This document shows, piece by piece, positions 1 to 12,098 of a stretch of DNA of 64,000 nucleotides; position 1 is the first letter of the stretch, and the number at the start of each line of letters is the position of its first letter. The notes beneath the pieces were generated by a model. That model did not search any database. It was not told where the DNA came from and saw nothing but the letters and a program-made list of their open reading frames with translations. A program made the translations under genes and the position numbers. The DNA comes from an uncultured Actinomycetota bacterium (GTDB lineage: Bacteria > Actinomycetota > Actinomycetes > Actinomycetales > Kineosporiaceae), in NCBI GenBank assembly GCA_963794075.1, contig CAWCCY010000005.1, positions 11,678-75,677 on the forward strand, in the 5' to 3' direction.

Positions 1-551
1 GCGCGGGCCGCTGCGCCGATCGCGGGGATGTCGGATCGGTGCCCGGTCGCCGCCTGCACGGCGCTGAAGGCCACCAGCCGCGTGCCGGCGTCCACCCGCT
101 CGGCGACGTCGCCCGGGTCCATCCCGCCGGACCGGAACGGGACCTGGCGCACCTCGTAGCCCTTGCGCGCCAGTTGCCGCCAGGGGAAGTGGTTGGAGCT
201 GTACTCCTGTCGTCCGATGACGACGTTGTCGCCCGCCTCCGCGGGGCCGAACTGGGCCGCGACGAGGCCGGCCGCGGCGGACACCGAGGGGATCAGCGCC
301 AGGTCGCGCGGCTCGGCGCCGATCAGGCGCGCGACCACGGCGCGCGCACGCCCGGCTGCCTGCTCCCCGCGGGCGAAGTCGAGCCCTGACGCGCTCCAGT
401 CGTCGATGACCTCGTGGTAGGCCGCCGCGAGCTGACGGCTCGCGAGCCCGACCGCCGCGGTGTTGAAGTAGGCCCTGCCCACGGTCGCGGGAAACTGCCG
501 GCGCGCCTCGCGGATGTCATCGCTCGCAACCACGGGCAGGGCGTCGGCCAT
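1..551 (-). CDS. class V aminotransferase-fold PLP enzyme (cysteine desulfurase/epimerase-like), 5' part only; gene continues past window start
   Basis: Own minus-strand translation from the ATG at 549-551 gives MADALPVVASDDIREARRQFPATVGRAYFNTAAVGLASRQLAAAYHEVIDDW...LVAFSAVQAATGHRSDIPAIG. It stays open to base 1, so it is absent from the ORF track (no stop in window). Codons are GC3-rich. Confidence 0.6.
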   Translation of the reverse strand, partial: MADALPVVASDDIREARRQFPATVGRAYFNTAAVGLASRQLAAAYHEVIDDWSASGLDFARGEQAAGRARAVVARLIGAEPRDLALIPSVSAAAGLVAAQFGPAEAGDNVVIGRQEYSSNHFPWRQLARKGYEVRQVPFRSGGMDPGDVAERVDAGTRLVAFSAVQAATGHRSDIPAIGAAAR

Positions 552-631
552 GCATCCACGGTACTGGATCATGACTTCGGTCGGCGGGGGCAGCAGCCCC
601 GGCGGCGGTCGCCCCGGCGGATGCTCCGGCC

Positions 632-1777
632 TCAGCAGGCCGAGAAGCGCGCCGCCTCCTCGGCGAGCCGCGCCTTGGCCGCGGCGCCGGTCATGACGTC
701 GGGCGCCCCGCCGTGGATCGTCGCGGGGTGCCACGTGCTGCCGGCCACCCCCGCGCGGGTCACGTCGACGGTCAGCACGCCGCTCTCGTTGCCGAGCCCG
801 CCGTTCGCGTAGAACTGGAAGTTCCCGAGGCCGTACCGCACGAGCGTGTGCCCGACCGAGCCCGCAGGTTGCACGACGTGCGCGTGGCTGCCGACCACGA
901 TGTCCGCGCCCGCAGCCGAGAGCTGCTGGGCGAGCCCCCGCTGGCGCGCGGTCGGGCAGACGGTGCGCTCGACGCCCCAGTGGAGGAAGACGACGACGAC
1001 GTCGGCCCGGGCGCGCTCGGCACGCACGGCCGCGAGCAGCCGCGCCGGGTCCTTCGCGGAGGCGAGCCCGGGGACGCCGTCCCCGGCCACCCAGGTCGTC
1101 TGGGCGAAGTCGTCGAGCACGTCGGTGGCGGCGAGGATCGACACCCGGACGCCACCCACCTCCCGCCGCAGCGGGGAGAACGCGGCGGCGGCGTCGACGC
1201 CGGCACCGAGCAGCGGCATGCCGTACCGGCGCGCGGCGGCGAGCGTGTCCTGCAGGCCGACGCGGCCGTAGTCCATGCCGTGGTTGTTCGCCACGGTCAC
1301 GGCGTCGATGCCGGCCCGCCGGAGCATGCCGAACGCGGCGGCGGGCGCGCGGAAGGTGAACTCCTTCGGCTGGGCGTTCCCCCGGTCGGTGACGGCGGTC
1401 TCGAGGTTGACCATCGCCAGGTCGGCGCCGCGCAGCACCGAGAAGGCGGTGCCGACATGCCCCGCCAGGGCTGCGGCGGCCGTCCCCTCGAAGTGCACGT
1501 CGCCGGCGAACGCGAGCTCGGCGTGCCCGCCGCTGCCCCTCTTCGCCTGGGCGGCGGGGGCGGGCGTGGACGCCGCCGTCCCCGCACCGGCCCCGGCCTT
1601 GGCGGATGCCGGCGCCGGCGCGGTCGGGGCGGCGGCGCGCGGCGTCGCCCCGGGCGGCAGCGCCGCGTTCCGTTGCGGGTCGCCTGCCGCCGCGCAGCCC
1701 GTCAGGACAAGGGCCGTCGCGACGAGCGCGAGCGCCGGCAGGCCGGGGCGACGGACGGTGACGGCACGGGTTGTCAC
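632..1777 (-). CDS. CapA-family metallophosphatase-like lipoprotein
   Basis: ORF 632..1777. Lipobox LVLTGCAAAG near the N-terminus. CapA-type motifs AFAGDVHFEG, MVNLETAV, ANNHGMDYG, FLHWGVE. Confidence 0.8.
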   Translation of the reverse strand: MTTRAVTVRRPGLPALALVATALVLTGCAAAGDPQRNAALPPGATPRAAAPTAPAPASAKAGAGAGTAASTPAPAAQAKRGSGGHAELAFAGDVHFEGTAAAALAGHVGTAFSVLRGADLAMVNLETAVTDRGNAQPKEFTFRAPAAAFGMLRRAGIDAVTVANNHGMDYGRVGLQDTLAAARRYGMPLLGAGVDAAAAFSPLRREVGGVRVSILAATDVLDDFAQTTWVAGDGVPGLASAKDPARLLAAVRAERARADVVVVFLHWGVERTVCPTARQRGLAQQLSAAGADIVVGSHAHVVQPAGSVGHTLVRYGLGNFQFYANGGLGNESGVLTVDVTRAGVAGSTWHPATIHGGAPDVMTGAAAKARLAEEAARFSAC

Positions 1778-1893
1778 TCGGACATTCTGACCGCCCGGGC
1801 GTCACCGTCGGAACACGACCGGCCGTCAGTCCCCGTTTCCGAGCGCGATTACCACGTTCAGTGAGTATCGAGGCGCTGATGGTGACGCGATCG

Positions 1894-4424
1894 TCACGCT
1901 CCCCGCTGGACCGCTCCCACCAGGTTCGAGGCCGCCCGGACCGCGGCGTCCCGGGCCGCGGCCGACTCGGCGGCGGTGAGGGTGCGGTCGGCCGCCCGCA
2001 ACCGCAGCGCGAAGGCCAGCGACTTTCGCCCCTCGCCCACCTGCGGGCCGGTGTAGACGTCGAAGAGGCGGACCGACTCGAGCAGGTCGCCGGCTCCCTC
2101 GCGGAGCGCCGCCTCGACGGCGGCCGCCGGCACGGCCGTGTCGACGACCAGCGCGACGTCCTCCTTCGCCAGCGGGAACGTCGAGACGGGCTCGGCGGCG
2201 CGGATGCCGCCGGCCGCACCGAGCAGCAGGTCGAGCTCGAGCTCGGCGGCGCACGTGCGCGGCGGCAGACCGAGCCGCTCCACCACCTTCGGGTGCAGCT
2301 CGCCGGCGTGGCCCACGGTGACGCCCGCGTACTCGAGCCGCGCGCAGCGGCCCGGGTGCCACGGCGCGTGGTCGTCCTGCGCGACGGTGAGTGTCAGCCC
2401 GATGGTCCGGGCGACGAGCAGGGCGGCGTCGACGGCGTCGGTCCAGTCGGCCGGCCGCCCCGGGCCGTACCAGCCGGCCTGCTCGCGCTGCCCGGCCAGC
2501 AGCACGCCCACCCGCCGAGGCTGGCGCGGCACCGCGGCCGCGATCTCGGCCAGCTCGCGATCGGTCGGCCGCCGGTCCACGGGGGGCCGCGGCGCGACGG
2601 CGTCCGCGCCGTGGACCGGACGCGTCACCAGGCCGATCTCGAACAGCGCCAGGTCGGTCCGGCCGCGGCCGAGGTTGCGGCGGGCGGCCTCGACGAGGGT
2701 CGGGATGATCCAGGACCGCAGGTAGGGCTGCTCCTCCGAGAGCGGGTTCACGAGCCGCAGCGCGGGCCGCCGGGCGTCGTCGGCCGGCAGGCCGTAGACG
2801 TCGGCGGTCTCCGGCCCGACGAAGGGATAGGTGAGGACCTCGACGAGACCGTGCTCGGCCAGCGCGCGGGCGATCGAGCGCCGGGCGTGCTGCGCGGCCG
2901 TCAGGCCCCGGCCGGCCGGGGCGACGGGCAGCACCGAGTCGATCTTCTCGTAGCCGTCGACGCGCGCCACCTCTTCGACGAGGTCGACGCCGAGGCGCAG
3001 GTCGGGACGCCACGAGGGGGCCTGGACGACGAGCTCGCCGCTCGTCGCGTCCACCGTGCAGCCCACGGCCTCGAGGAGCTCGACGACGCGGGCCGGGCCG
3101 TAGGCACGGCCCACGAGACGGTCGGGCAGGTCGACGGCCATGCGCACCGGGTCGCGCGGCGTGCGGAGGTCGACGTCGGTGACGGGGCCGGCGGTGCCGC
3201 CGCCGTGCTCCACGAGCAGGCGCACCGCGAGCTCGGCGGCCGCCGCGGCCAGGGCGTCGTCGACGCCCCGCTCGAACCGGCGGCTCGCCTCGGTGGAGAG
3301 CTTGTGGCGGCGGGCCGTGCGGGCCACCGTGACGGGATCGAAGTGCGCCGCCTCGACGAGGATGTCCGTCGTCGCCGGCGTCACCTCGCTGCTGGCGCCG
3401 CCCATGACGCCGGCGAGCGCGAGCACGCGGGCACCCTCGGGCGACCCCGCACCGTCGGGCGAGCCGGGCGAGTCGGTGATCAGCAGGTCCTCGGGGTCGA
3501 GCGCGCGCTCGACGCCGTCCAGGGTCTCCAGGCGCTCCCCGGCCCGGGCGCGGCGGACGACGATCGGCCCACCGAGCCGCGCGAGGTCGAAGGCGTGCAG
3601 GGGCTGGCCGAGCGCCAGCATCACGTAGTTCGTCACGTCGACGGCCAGGCTGATGGGGCGCATGCCGGCCTGTTCGAGACGGCGCTGCATCCAGCGGGGG
3701 CTCGGGCCGGCGGCCTGCACCCCTCGGACGACGCGCGCGACGTAGCGGTCGCAGCCCGGGGCGCCGCGCATCGGCGCGTCGTCCGCCAGGTGCACGGCGA
3801 AGCCGTCGGGAGTCGCCGCGGGGGCGTCGAGGGCGGCGGGGTCGGTGAAGGCCGCGCCGGTGGCCAGCGCGTACTCGCGCGCGATGCCCCGGATGCTCAG
3901 GGCGTAACCGCGGTCGGGGTTGACGTTGACCTCGACCGTCTCCTCGGCGAGGCCGAGGATCTCGATCGCGTCGGCGCCGACGGGGGCCTCGACGCCCCAC
4001 TCGGCGAGCCGGATGATCCCCTCGTGGTCGTCGCCGAGGCCGAGCTCCTTGGCGGAGCAGATCATGCCGTCGCTGACGTGCCCGTAGGTCTTGCGGGCGG
4101 TGATGGCGAAGCCGCCGGGCAGCACGGCGCCGGGGAGGCTGACGACGACGAGGTCGCCCTCGGTGAAGTTGTGCGCGCCGCAGACGATGCCGCGGGGCTC
4201 GGGCTCGCCGACGTCGACGCGGCACCAGCGGATCGTCTTGCCGTTCTTCTGCGGCTCGTCCGCGAACGCCAGCACGCGGCCGACCACGAGCGGGCCCGTG
4301 ACGTCGCCGCCGTGCAGGGCCTCCTCCTCGAGGCCGACGGTGACGAGGGCGGCCGCGACCTGCTCGCCGGTCGTTCCGTCCGGCAGCGTCGCGTACTCCG
4401 CGAGCCAGCCCAGCGGGACGCGCA

Positions 4425-4425
<1 letters not shown>
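1894..4425 (-). CDS. pheT: phenylalanine--tRNA ligase beta subunit
   Basis: ORF 1894..5061 trimmed to ATG 4425 (MRVPLGWLAEYATLPDG...), which overlaps the pheS stop as ATGA. 843 aa, uninterrupted. Conserved stretches include DRGYALSIRGIAREYA and FDVYTGPQVGEGRKSLAFALRL. Confidence 0.95.
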
Positions 4426-5679
<1,254 letters not shown>

Positions 5680-5700
<21 letters not shown>

Positions 5701-6630
5701 GCGGCGGGGGCCGTGGCTCCGGTCGGTGCCATCGGCGCCGAGGGTGTCGCGGGTGCGGTGGGCGCGAGCCGAGGCGTAGAGGCAGACGGTGGCGGCGGTG
5801 GCGAGGTTGAGACTCTCGGCGCGGCCGTGCACGGGGACGCGGACGACGGCGTCGACGGCGTCGAGCGCCTCGCCGGGCAGGCCCCAGGCCTCGTTCCCGA
5901 ACACCCAGGCGGTGGGGCCGGCGAGACCGCCGGGCTGCCCCGCCTCGGCGGCGTCGAGCAGGTCGTCGAGGTCGACGTCGCCGGCCACGTCGGCCGCGTA
6001 GACGGTCAGGCCCGCGGCCCGAAGACCGGCGACGGCGGCCTCGAACGGCACGCCCGTCGCCACCGGCAGGTGGAAGATCGAGCCGGCGCTCGCCCGCACG
6101 CACTTCGGGTTGTGCACGTCGACGCTCGCGTCGGTCAGCACGACGGCGCCGGCGCCGGCGGCGTCCGCGGCCCGCAGCACGGTCCCGGCGTTGCCGGGGT
6201 CGCGGACGAAGGCCAGGACGGCGACCAGCCGCGGCGGGCCGGCGAGCACGCGCTCCAGCGGAACGTCGACGAGCGCGCAGACGGCGAGCAGCCCCTGCGG
6301 CGTCACGGTGTCGCCCATGGCGGCGAGCACCTCGGGCGTGGCGAGCCGGACGACGAGCCCGGCGGAGCGGGCCGTCGCGACGAGGTCGGCATGACGCTCG
6401 GCGGCGTTCGGGGTCGCGTAGAGCTCCCGGACGACGGCGGGAGCCCCGGCGCGGACGGCGTCCGCGTGCGCCCCGACCGCCTCGGCGACGGCCTGCGGAC
6501 CCTCGGCCACGAAGCGGCCCTCGCGCCGGCGCGCCGAGCGCCCGGACAGCCGCCGCACCGCCCGCACCCGGTCGGAACCGGGGTTGGACAGGACGGCGGC
6601 CACCGGGCGCTCGGCCGGGGCGGGGTTCAC
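5680..6630 (-). CDS. TrmH/SpoU-family RNA 2'-O-methyltransferase
   Basis: Part of ORF 5680..6876, trimmed to GTG 6630 just downstream of the rplT stop. Motifs VLAFVRDPGNAGTVLRAADAAGA, VFGNEAWGL, ESLNLATAATVCLY. Confidence 0.85.
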
Positions 6631-6641
6631 CCCGGAACTGC

Positions 6642-7055
6642 TCAGGCGGCCGGGGACTCGGCGGCAGCAGCCGCGTGGGCGTCGCCCGACCCGGCCGCGT
6701 TCCGTACGGCCGACTTCGCCGTGGCGACGAGCGCCGCGAAGGCCGCGGGGTCGTTGACCGCCAGGTCGGCGAGGATGCGGCGGTCGACCTCGACGCCCGC
6801 CAGCTTCAGGCCCTGGATGAAGCGGTTGTAGGTGATGCCGTTCTCGCGGGCCGCGGCGTTGATGCGCTGGATCCACAGCCGGCGGAAGTCTCCCTTGCGG
6901 GCGCGGCGGTCACGGTAGGCGTAGACGAGGGAGTGGGTGACCTGCTCCTTCGCCTTGCGGTAGAGCCGCGAGCGCTGCCCGCGATAGCCGCTGGCCTGCT
7001 CGAGGACCTCTCGGCGCTTCTTCTGGGCGTTGACCGCCCGCTTCACGCGTGCCAC
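6642..7055 (-). CDS. rplT: 50S ribosomal protein L20
   Basis: ORF 6642..7055: [39 protein letters not shown]... Confidence 0.97.
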   Translation of the reverse strand: MARVKRAVNAQKKRREVLEQASGYRGQRSRLYRKAKEQVTHSLVYAYRDRRARKGDFRRLWIQRINAAARENGITYNRFIQGLKLAGVEVDRRILADLAVNDPAAFAALVATAKSAVRNAAGSGDAHAAAAAESPAA

Positions 7056-7124
7056 GTGCTGTCTCCTCGGTTCGTGTGCCGCGCGCTCGCGGGTGCGGCG
7101 CTGCGGCGGGGAAGGACGGTCAGC

Positions 7125-7319
7125 TCACTTGCCGAGCAGTCGCTTGGCCTTCTTGGTGTCGGCCGGGGACAGGACGACGTCGCCCTGCAGGCTGCGCACC
7201 TTCTTGCCCGACTTGACCTCCAGGAGGTGGCGCAGGCCCGCACGCTCACGCATGACCTTGCCGGTCCCGGTGACCCGGAATCGCTTCTTCGCACCGCTGT
7301 GGGTCTTGTTCTTCGGCAT
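7125..7319 (-). CDS. rpmI: 50S ribosomal protein L35
   Basis: ORF 7125..7319: MPKNKTHSGAKKRFRVTGTGKVMRERAGLRHLLEVKSGKK... Confidence 0.97.
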   Translation of the reverse strand: MPKNKTHSGAKKRFRVTGTGKVMRERAGLRHLLEVKSGKKVRSLQGDVVLSPADTKKAKRLLGK

Positions 7320-7460
7320 GGCTGCCGTGGTCTCCTCGTCGCCTCCACGCCGCCTCGCGGCGGCGCGGTTCGCTGTGCGGCCGCCCGGGTGGGCGGCCGC
7401 CGTGTCCGTTCGCTCGGCGGGACCCGCTCGCGCGGTTCCGCTTCGCTGTCCGTGCCGGCC

Positions 7461-8105
7461 TCAGGCCTGCGCGGTCTCCTCCGCGGGGGTGCTCGCGGTG
7501 ACGTCCGTGCCGCCGTCGATGCCGTCGACGTCGATTGCCTCGACGCCCTCGACATCGTCGGGCCGGCGCTTGCGCTGTTCGGCCTTGGCCTCGGCCTTCT
7601 TCTTGTGCGGGCCGATCACCATGATCATGTTTCGGCCGTCCTGCTTCGGGTTGCTCTCGATGTAGCCGAGCTCGGCGACGTCGGCCGCCATCCGCTGGAG
7701 GAGGCGGTAACCCATCTCGGGGCGGGACTGCTCACGACCACGGAACATGATCATGACCTTTACCTTGTCGCCCGCGGCCAGGAACCGCTCGACGTGGCCC
7801 TTCTTCGTGCCGTAGTCGTGCGGGTCGATCTTCAGCCGGAGCCGGATCTCCTTGAGGACGGTGTGCGCCTGGTTGCGGCGCGCCTCGCGGGCCTTCATGT
7901 CCGACTCGTACTTGAACTTTCCGAAGTCCATGAGCTTGCAGACCGGGGGCCGTGCCAGCGGGGCGACCTCGACGAGGTCGAGGTCGGACTCCTGCGCCAG
8001 CTGCAGCGCCTGCTCGATGCGGACGATGCCGACCTGCTCCCCGTTGGGGCCGACCAGCCGCACCTCGGGGACGCGGATGCGGTCGTTGATCCGGGGCTCG
8101 CTGAT
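7461..8105 (-). CDS. infC: translation initiation factor IF-3, probable AUC start
   Basis: ORF 7461..8189 contains IF-3 ([49 protein letters not shown]). The upstream part of the tracked ORF uses rare codons (GGT AGA, TTT, GTA). AAGGAG-N6-ATC at 8103-8105 yields (M)SEPRINDRI, the usual IF-3 N-terminus. Confidence 0.85.
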   Translation of the reverse strand: MSEPRINDRIRVPEVRLVGPNGEQVGIVRIEQALQLAQESDLDLVEVAPLARPPVCKLMDFGKFKYESDMKAREARRNQAHTVLKEIRLRLKIDPHDYGTKKGHVERFLAAGDKVKVMIMFRGREQSRPEMGYRLLQRMAADVAELGYIESNPKQDGRNMIMVIGPHKKKAEAKAEQRKRRPDDVEGVEAIDVDGIDGGTDVTASTPAEETAQA

Positions 8106-8376
8106 GTGGTGCTCCTTCGCGACGTCGTGGCGACCGTCGCGTACGAGAAAGGCTCCCGTGCGCGGACGCTGGGAGCCTCTACCTGCCACCGATCAGGGAA
8201 CGCCGGAGCATCACGGCGCACGCCTGCGCCGCATCCCGCGGGCCGGAGGGGACCCGCGAGACCCTGACCGAGACCTGACCACCGCGCCGCCGGAGCGGGG
8301 GTGACAGGTGGGAGAGACTCCACTTCGCGTACCGGGCCCTCACGGGCACGGTCGGTCGATCTGAAAGGCTACCAGC

Positions 8377-8811
8377 ATGACGGGCGATCGTTCGATCCCG
8401 GCTGCCGGCAATGGTGTCAACGCCACCGCGGAAGGGTCGCATTCCCCGGGCGCCGATCCCCCGGACGCCGCCGGTGCCGGCCCGCTCGATCACGAGGAGC
8501 AGGCCGCGCGCGACATCGCCGAGGTGCCGGCCGTCGAGGTCATCACCGCGGCCGCGGTGCACCTGATGAGCGCGGCCGCGGTGAAGTGCGGCCTGGCGGA
8601 GGACGTCGACGCCGACCTCGACGAGGCCCGCAAGCTCATCACCGCGCTCGCCGCCCTGGTCACGGCCGCGGCGCCGGAGATCGGCAACCAGCACGCGCGG
8701 CCGCTGCGCGACGGGCTGCGCAGTCTGCAACTGGCGTTCCGTGAGGCGTCGATGGTGCCGGACGCTCCCGGCCAGGGCCCCGGCGAGAAGTGGACCGGCG
8801 CCGTGTCGTGA
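8377..8811 (+). CDS. DUF1844-like acidic protein
   Basis: ORF 8377..8811 with ...VITAAAVHLMSAAAVKCGLAEDVDADLDEARKLITALA... The family assignment and its usual position beside infC are recalled, not searched. Confidence 0.65.
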   Translation: MTGDRSIPAAGNGVNATAEGSHSPGADPPDAAGAGPLDHEEQAARDIAEVPAVEVITAAAVHLMSAAAVKCGLAEDVDADLDEARKLITALAALVTAAAPEIGNQHARPLRDGLRSLQLAFREASMVPDAPGQGPGEKWTGAVS

Positions 8812-8864
8812 CGATCTACCGTCACATCGACAGGTGAACGCGCCTGGCGTGCTCGCGTAACGCC

Positions 8865-8923
8865 GCGTTACTCCTCGGAAGCCGGGTTTCGGGGTCCGAT
8901 GACCGGCTTTCGAGGAGTAACGC
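8865..8923. terminator. bidirectional stem-loop between convergent genes
   Basis: 8865-8885 (gcgttactcctcggaagccgg) and 8903-8923 (ccggctttcgaggagtaacgc) form a 21-bp stem with one mismatch and a 17-nt loop. There is no T-tract. It lies between the DUF1844 stop (8811) and the MFS stop (8962). Confidence 0.4.
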
Positions 8924-8961
8924 AGCTCTGGAGGAGCAACCCTGCCGGCGAGGAGCAGGCC

Positions 8962-10293
8962 TCAGCAGGCGACGGCCGACTGCGGCTCGGGCGCCACGTC
9001 GAGCCCGCCGACCTGAGCCGCCTCACCCGGCCTGGCGGCTCCGGCGAGCCCGGCGGCCTCGCCCGGCCGGGCAGCTCCGGCGGCCTCGGCCGCTCCGCGC
9101 GTCTGGCGGCGGACCACCAGGCGCTGGGCGGCGAGCCCGGCGCCGGCGAGCACGAGGCCCACGGTGCCGACGGCGGCGAAGCCCGCCCAGGCGCCGAACG
9201 CGTCGATGGCCGACCCCGCGAGCGGCGCACCGACCGCGGTGCCGACGGTCAGCGACGATCCGTGCCAGCCCATCGCCTCGCCGCGGACCCGTCCGGGCAC
9301 GCGCCGGGACACCTCCTCGGCGGTCGCCGTGATCAGCGGCGCGCACAGGGCGCCCGCCGGCAGGATGGCCAGCGCGAGCACCCACGGGCTGCCCGCGAGC
9401 CCCACCGGGATCGTCAGCACGGCCAGCACGGCGAGCAGGACCAGCGGCGAGACCGGCCGTCGCAGGGCCCCGAAGACGACCGCGCCGAGCATCGACGCCA
9501 GACCCCAGGCCGCGAAGACGAGACCGGTCAGGCCGATCGCGTCGTGGGTCCGGAGCACGGCGACGACGCCGACGTCGGTGCCCGCCAGCACGATGGTCGC
9601 GGCGGCGGACGCCGCGAGCACCGCCGCGAGGCCCCCTGTGAACCAGGACCTGACGCCGCCGCCGGCGGGCGCGGCCACACCGGCGATCGGTTCGGGCTGC
9701 CCCTCCGAACGTGTCGGCGGGTCGAAGGCGAACAGCGCGAGGCCGGCCGTGACCATGCACACGCCCACCCCGAGCATCGCGACGGTCGAGGAGACCTGCG
9801 TCGCGACGACCACGCCCAGCGCCGGGCCGAGCATGAACGACAGCTCCACGCCCATCGAGTCGAGCGAGTATGCGGTGCGCCGCTGGTCCTCCATCACGAG
9901 CACCGAGAGGCTCTGCCGGGTCACGGTGAAGATCGGCAGACCGAGGAGGCCACCGAAGAACGCGAGGACGAGCAGCACCTCGTAGTGGACGAAGGGCGCG
10001 ACTCCCCAGACCGCGGCCTCGGCGACGATCGACGGCACGAGGGCGCGCCGCAGCCCGAGCTGGTCGACGGCCCGGCCGCGCCAGGGGGACCCCACTGCCA
10101 TGCCCACGGTCACCGCGGTCGCGACAAGACCCGCCGCCCCGTAGCCGCGCCCGAGGCCGAGGACGACGTGCAGCGTCAGGACGACGCCACCGGCGGTGGC
10201 GGGCACGCGGGCGAGCACACCGAACAGCAACAGGCGCGGGACACCGGGGCGCGCGAGCACCCGGCGGTAGGGGGTCAGGGACATGCTCGCCAT
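8962..10293 (-). CDS. MFS transporter
   Basis: ORF 8962..10293, 443 aa. Multiple hydrophobic helices throughout, with a basic loop after the first helices (RGRAVDQLGLRR). Confidence 0.8.
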   Translation of the reverse strand: MASMSLTPYRRVLARPGVPRLLLFGVLARVPATAGGVVLTLHVVLGLGRGYGAAGLVATAVTVGMAVGSPWRGRAVDQLGLRRALVPSIVAEAAVWGVAPFVHYEVLLVLAFFGGLLGLPIFTVTRQSLSVLVMEDQRRTAYSLDSMGVELSFMLGPALGVVVATQVSSTVAMLGVGVCMVTAGLALFAFDPPTRSEGQPEPIAGVAAPAGGGVRSWFTGGLAAVLAASAAATIVLAGTDVGVVAVLRTHDAIGLTGLVFAAWGLASMLGAVVFGALRRPVSPLVLLAVLAVLTIPVGLAGSPWVLALAILPAGALCAPLITATAEEVSRRVPGRVRGEAMGWHGSSLTVGTAVGAPLAGSAIDAFGAWAGFAAVGTVGLVLAGAGLAAQRLVVRRQTRGAAEAAGAARPGEAAGLAGAARPGEAAQVGGLDVAPEPQSAVAC

Positions 10294-10354
10294 AATCGCA
10301 GGATCGTCCGACGAATTCCCAGTGCTTTTCCTGGCGATCCCCGTGACGCCGTTT

Positions 10355-10400
10355 CATGATCCCGCTGGATTCCTTGATCCCGCTGGATTCCTTGATCAGC
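10355..10400. repeat. 18-bp tandem repeat (gatcccgctggattcctt x2 plus gatcagcgcc)
   Basis: Units at 10358-10375 and 10376-10393, then a partial unit. Immediately 3' of the sseB-like stop (10409). Related to the motifs at 5604-5700 and 12489-12634. Confidence 0.85.
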
Positions 10401-10408
10401 GCCCGACG

Positions 10409-11152
10409 TCAGGGGGCGGGGACCACCGCCAGGTCGAGGGCGTCGACGCGCTCGGCCAGCACCGGTGCCGCGCCGAGACGGTCGCGCACCGCGTCGACGA
10501 GAGCGGACAGCTCGGCGGCGTCCAGGCGCGGGCGGACGGCGACCACGAGCCGCAGGCCGGCGACGCCGAGCGGCTCGACCCGGGCGCCGGCGACCTCGGG
10601 CACCGCCAGGCAGGCGTGCACGGCGTCGAGCACCTCCGGGTCGTCCGCCGGGGGCAGCCACGCCCGCGCCTGCGCGAGCGCCCACACGACCGGGCGCGGC
10701 AGGACCGCCGTGACCGGCCCGGCGGGGTCGACGACGAGCAGCGTGCACCCGTCCTGGACGGCCGAGAGCGCCGCGCGCGGGCCTTCCGCGGGCACCGGCC
10801 GCGCGGTCGCGTCCCAGGCGGCCAGGGCGGCGAGCGAGCTGAACACCGGCAGGGCCCGGCTCCCGTCGGGCGCGACGAGCGTCGCGACCGCCATGTCGGC
10901 GGCCATGTCGACGGGCAGGCCCGACGGCTCGGTGGGCGCGGGCCCGTCGCCGATCACCGCCACGACCGGCACGAGCACGCGGGCCGCGGCGAGAGCCGCT
11001 GCGACGGCGGCCGGCTCCCCCGCCTGGAGCGCCGCCGCCAGCACCGGGTCGGCCGTGCCGTCGTCGCCGGCGAAGGGCTGGGGCGTGAGGGTCCGGCCCG
11101 ACCACGGGACGCCGGCGGAGTCGGCCCCGCCGGCGTGCTCCGGACCGGTCAC
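10409..11152 (-). CDS. SseB-family protein (tentative)
   Basis: Part of ORF 10409..11758, trimmed to GTG 11152, which overlaps the priA stop as GTGA. Sequence ...[20 protein letters not shown]...VLVPVVAV... and the position after priA match actinobacterial SseB-like proteins (recalled). Confidence 0.55.
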   Translation of the reverse strand: MTGPEHAGGADSAGVPWSGRTLTPQPFAGDDGTADPVLAAALQAGEPAAVAAALAAARVLVPVVAVIGDGPAPTEPSGLPVDMAADMAVATLVAPDGSRALPVFSSLAALAAWDATARPVPAEGPRAALSAVQDGCTLLVVDPAGPVTAVLPRPVVWALAQARAWLPPADDPEVLDAVHACLAVPEVAGARVEPLGVAGLRLVVAVRPRLDAAELSALVDAVRDRLGAAPVLAERVDALDLAVVPAP

Positions 11153-11892
11153 GGCCGGCCGGCCACGCCGAGCGCGTCCTCGAGGGTGAAAGCTCCGGCA
11201 TACAGGGCCTTGCCGACGATCGCGCCCTCGACGCCTTCGGGGACGAGCACGCGCAGCTCCTCTAGGTCGGCCAGGCTCGACACCCCCCCGCTGGCGACGA
11301 CGGGCCGCTCGGTGCGCCGGCAGACCTCGCGCAGCAGGTCGACGTTGGGGCCGCGCAGCGTGCCGTCCTTCGTGACGTCCGTGACGACGTAGCGGGCGCA
11401 GCCGTCGGCGTCCAGGCGGGCCATGGTCTCCCAGAGGTCCCCGCCCTCCTGGGTCCAGCCGCGCGCGGCCAGGGTCGTGCCGCGCACGTCGAGCCCGACG
11501 GCGACACGCTCGCCGTACCTGCCGATCGCGCGGCGCGTCCAGTCGGGGTCCTCCAGCGCCGCGGTCCCGAGGTTCACCCGGGCACAGCCGGTGGCGAGGG
11601 CAGCCTCGAGGCTGTCGTCGTCCCGGATCCCGCCCGACAGCTCCACCCGCACGTCCAGGGCTCGGACGACGCCCGCCAGCAGGTCGGCGTTCGAACCACG
11701 GCCGAAGGCGGCGTCGAGGTCGACGAGGTGGATCCACTCGGCGCCCGCGGACTGCCACGCGAGCGCGGCGTCGAGCGGATCGCCGTAGGCGGTCTCGCTG
11801 CCGGATTCGCCCTGGACGAGCCGGACGGCGACACCGCCGGCGACGTCCACGGCGGGCAGCAGCTGCAGGCGGGGCGCAGGCGAGCCGGTCAC
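11149..11892 (-). CDS. priA: bifunctional HisA/TrpF isomerase (PriA)
   Basis: ORF 11149..11955 trimmed to GTG 11892. [50 protein letters not shown]. Confidence 0.9.
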   Translation of the reverse strand: MTGSPAPRLQLLPAVDVAGGVAVRLVQGESGSETAYGDPLDAALAWQSAGAEWIHLVDLDAAFGRGSNADLLAGVVRALDVRVELSGGIRDDDSLEAALATGCARVNLGTAALEDPDWTRRAIGRYGERVAVGLDVRGTTLAARGWTQEGGDLWETMARLDADGCARYVVTDVTKDGTLRGPNVDLLREVCRRTERPVVASGGVSSLADLEELRVLVPEGVEGAIVGKALYAGAFTLEDALGVAGRP

Positions 11893-11902
11893 GCGCGGCA
11901 GG

Positions 11903-12070
11903 TTAGTCGGCGCCGGGAGCCCCCGGCGGGGCCGGGGCCGCGGGACCTGCGCCACGGCGGCGGTCGGCGTCCTGGATCGCGTGCCGGACCGCGACCCGGA
12001 TCACCCAGTAGAAGAGGAAGAGGATCACGGCGTAGAAGAGCAGGCCGACGAGGGGGGCGATGGAACTCAC
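11903..12070 (-). CDS. small single-pass membrane protein (55 aa), hypothetical
   Basis: Own translation from GTG 12070: [55 protein letters not shown], stop TAA at 11903-11905. Too short for the ORF track. Clear TM helix and good GC3. Confidence 0.4.
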   Translation of the reverse strand: MSSIAPLVGLLFYAVILFLFYWVIRVAVRHAIQDADRRRGAGPAAPAPPGAPGAD

Positions 12071-12098
12071 GCCGGGGAGCCTAGGGCTGCCGGACCGG

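Noticed and set aside
8899-10359. 486-aa plus-strand ORF and 444-aa minus-strand ORF overlapping the MFS transporter
   Set aside because: Shadow frames (R/G/D/H-rich). The MFS frame shows regular hydrophobic helices.
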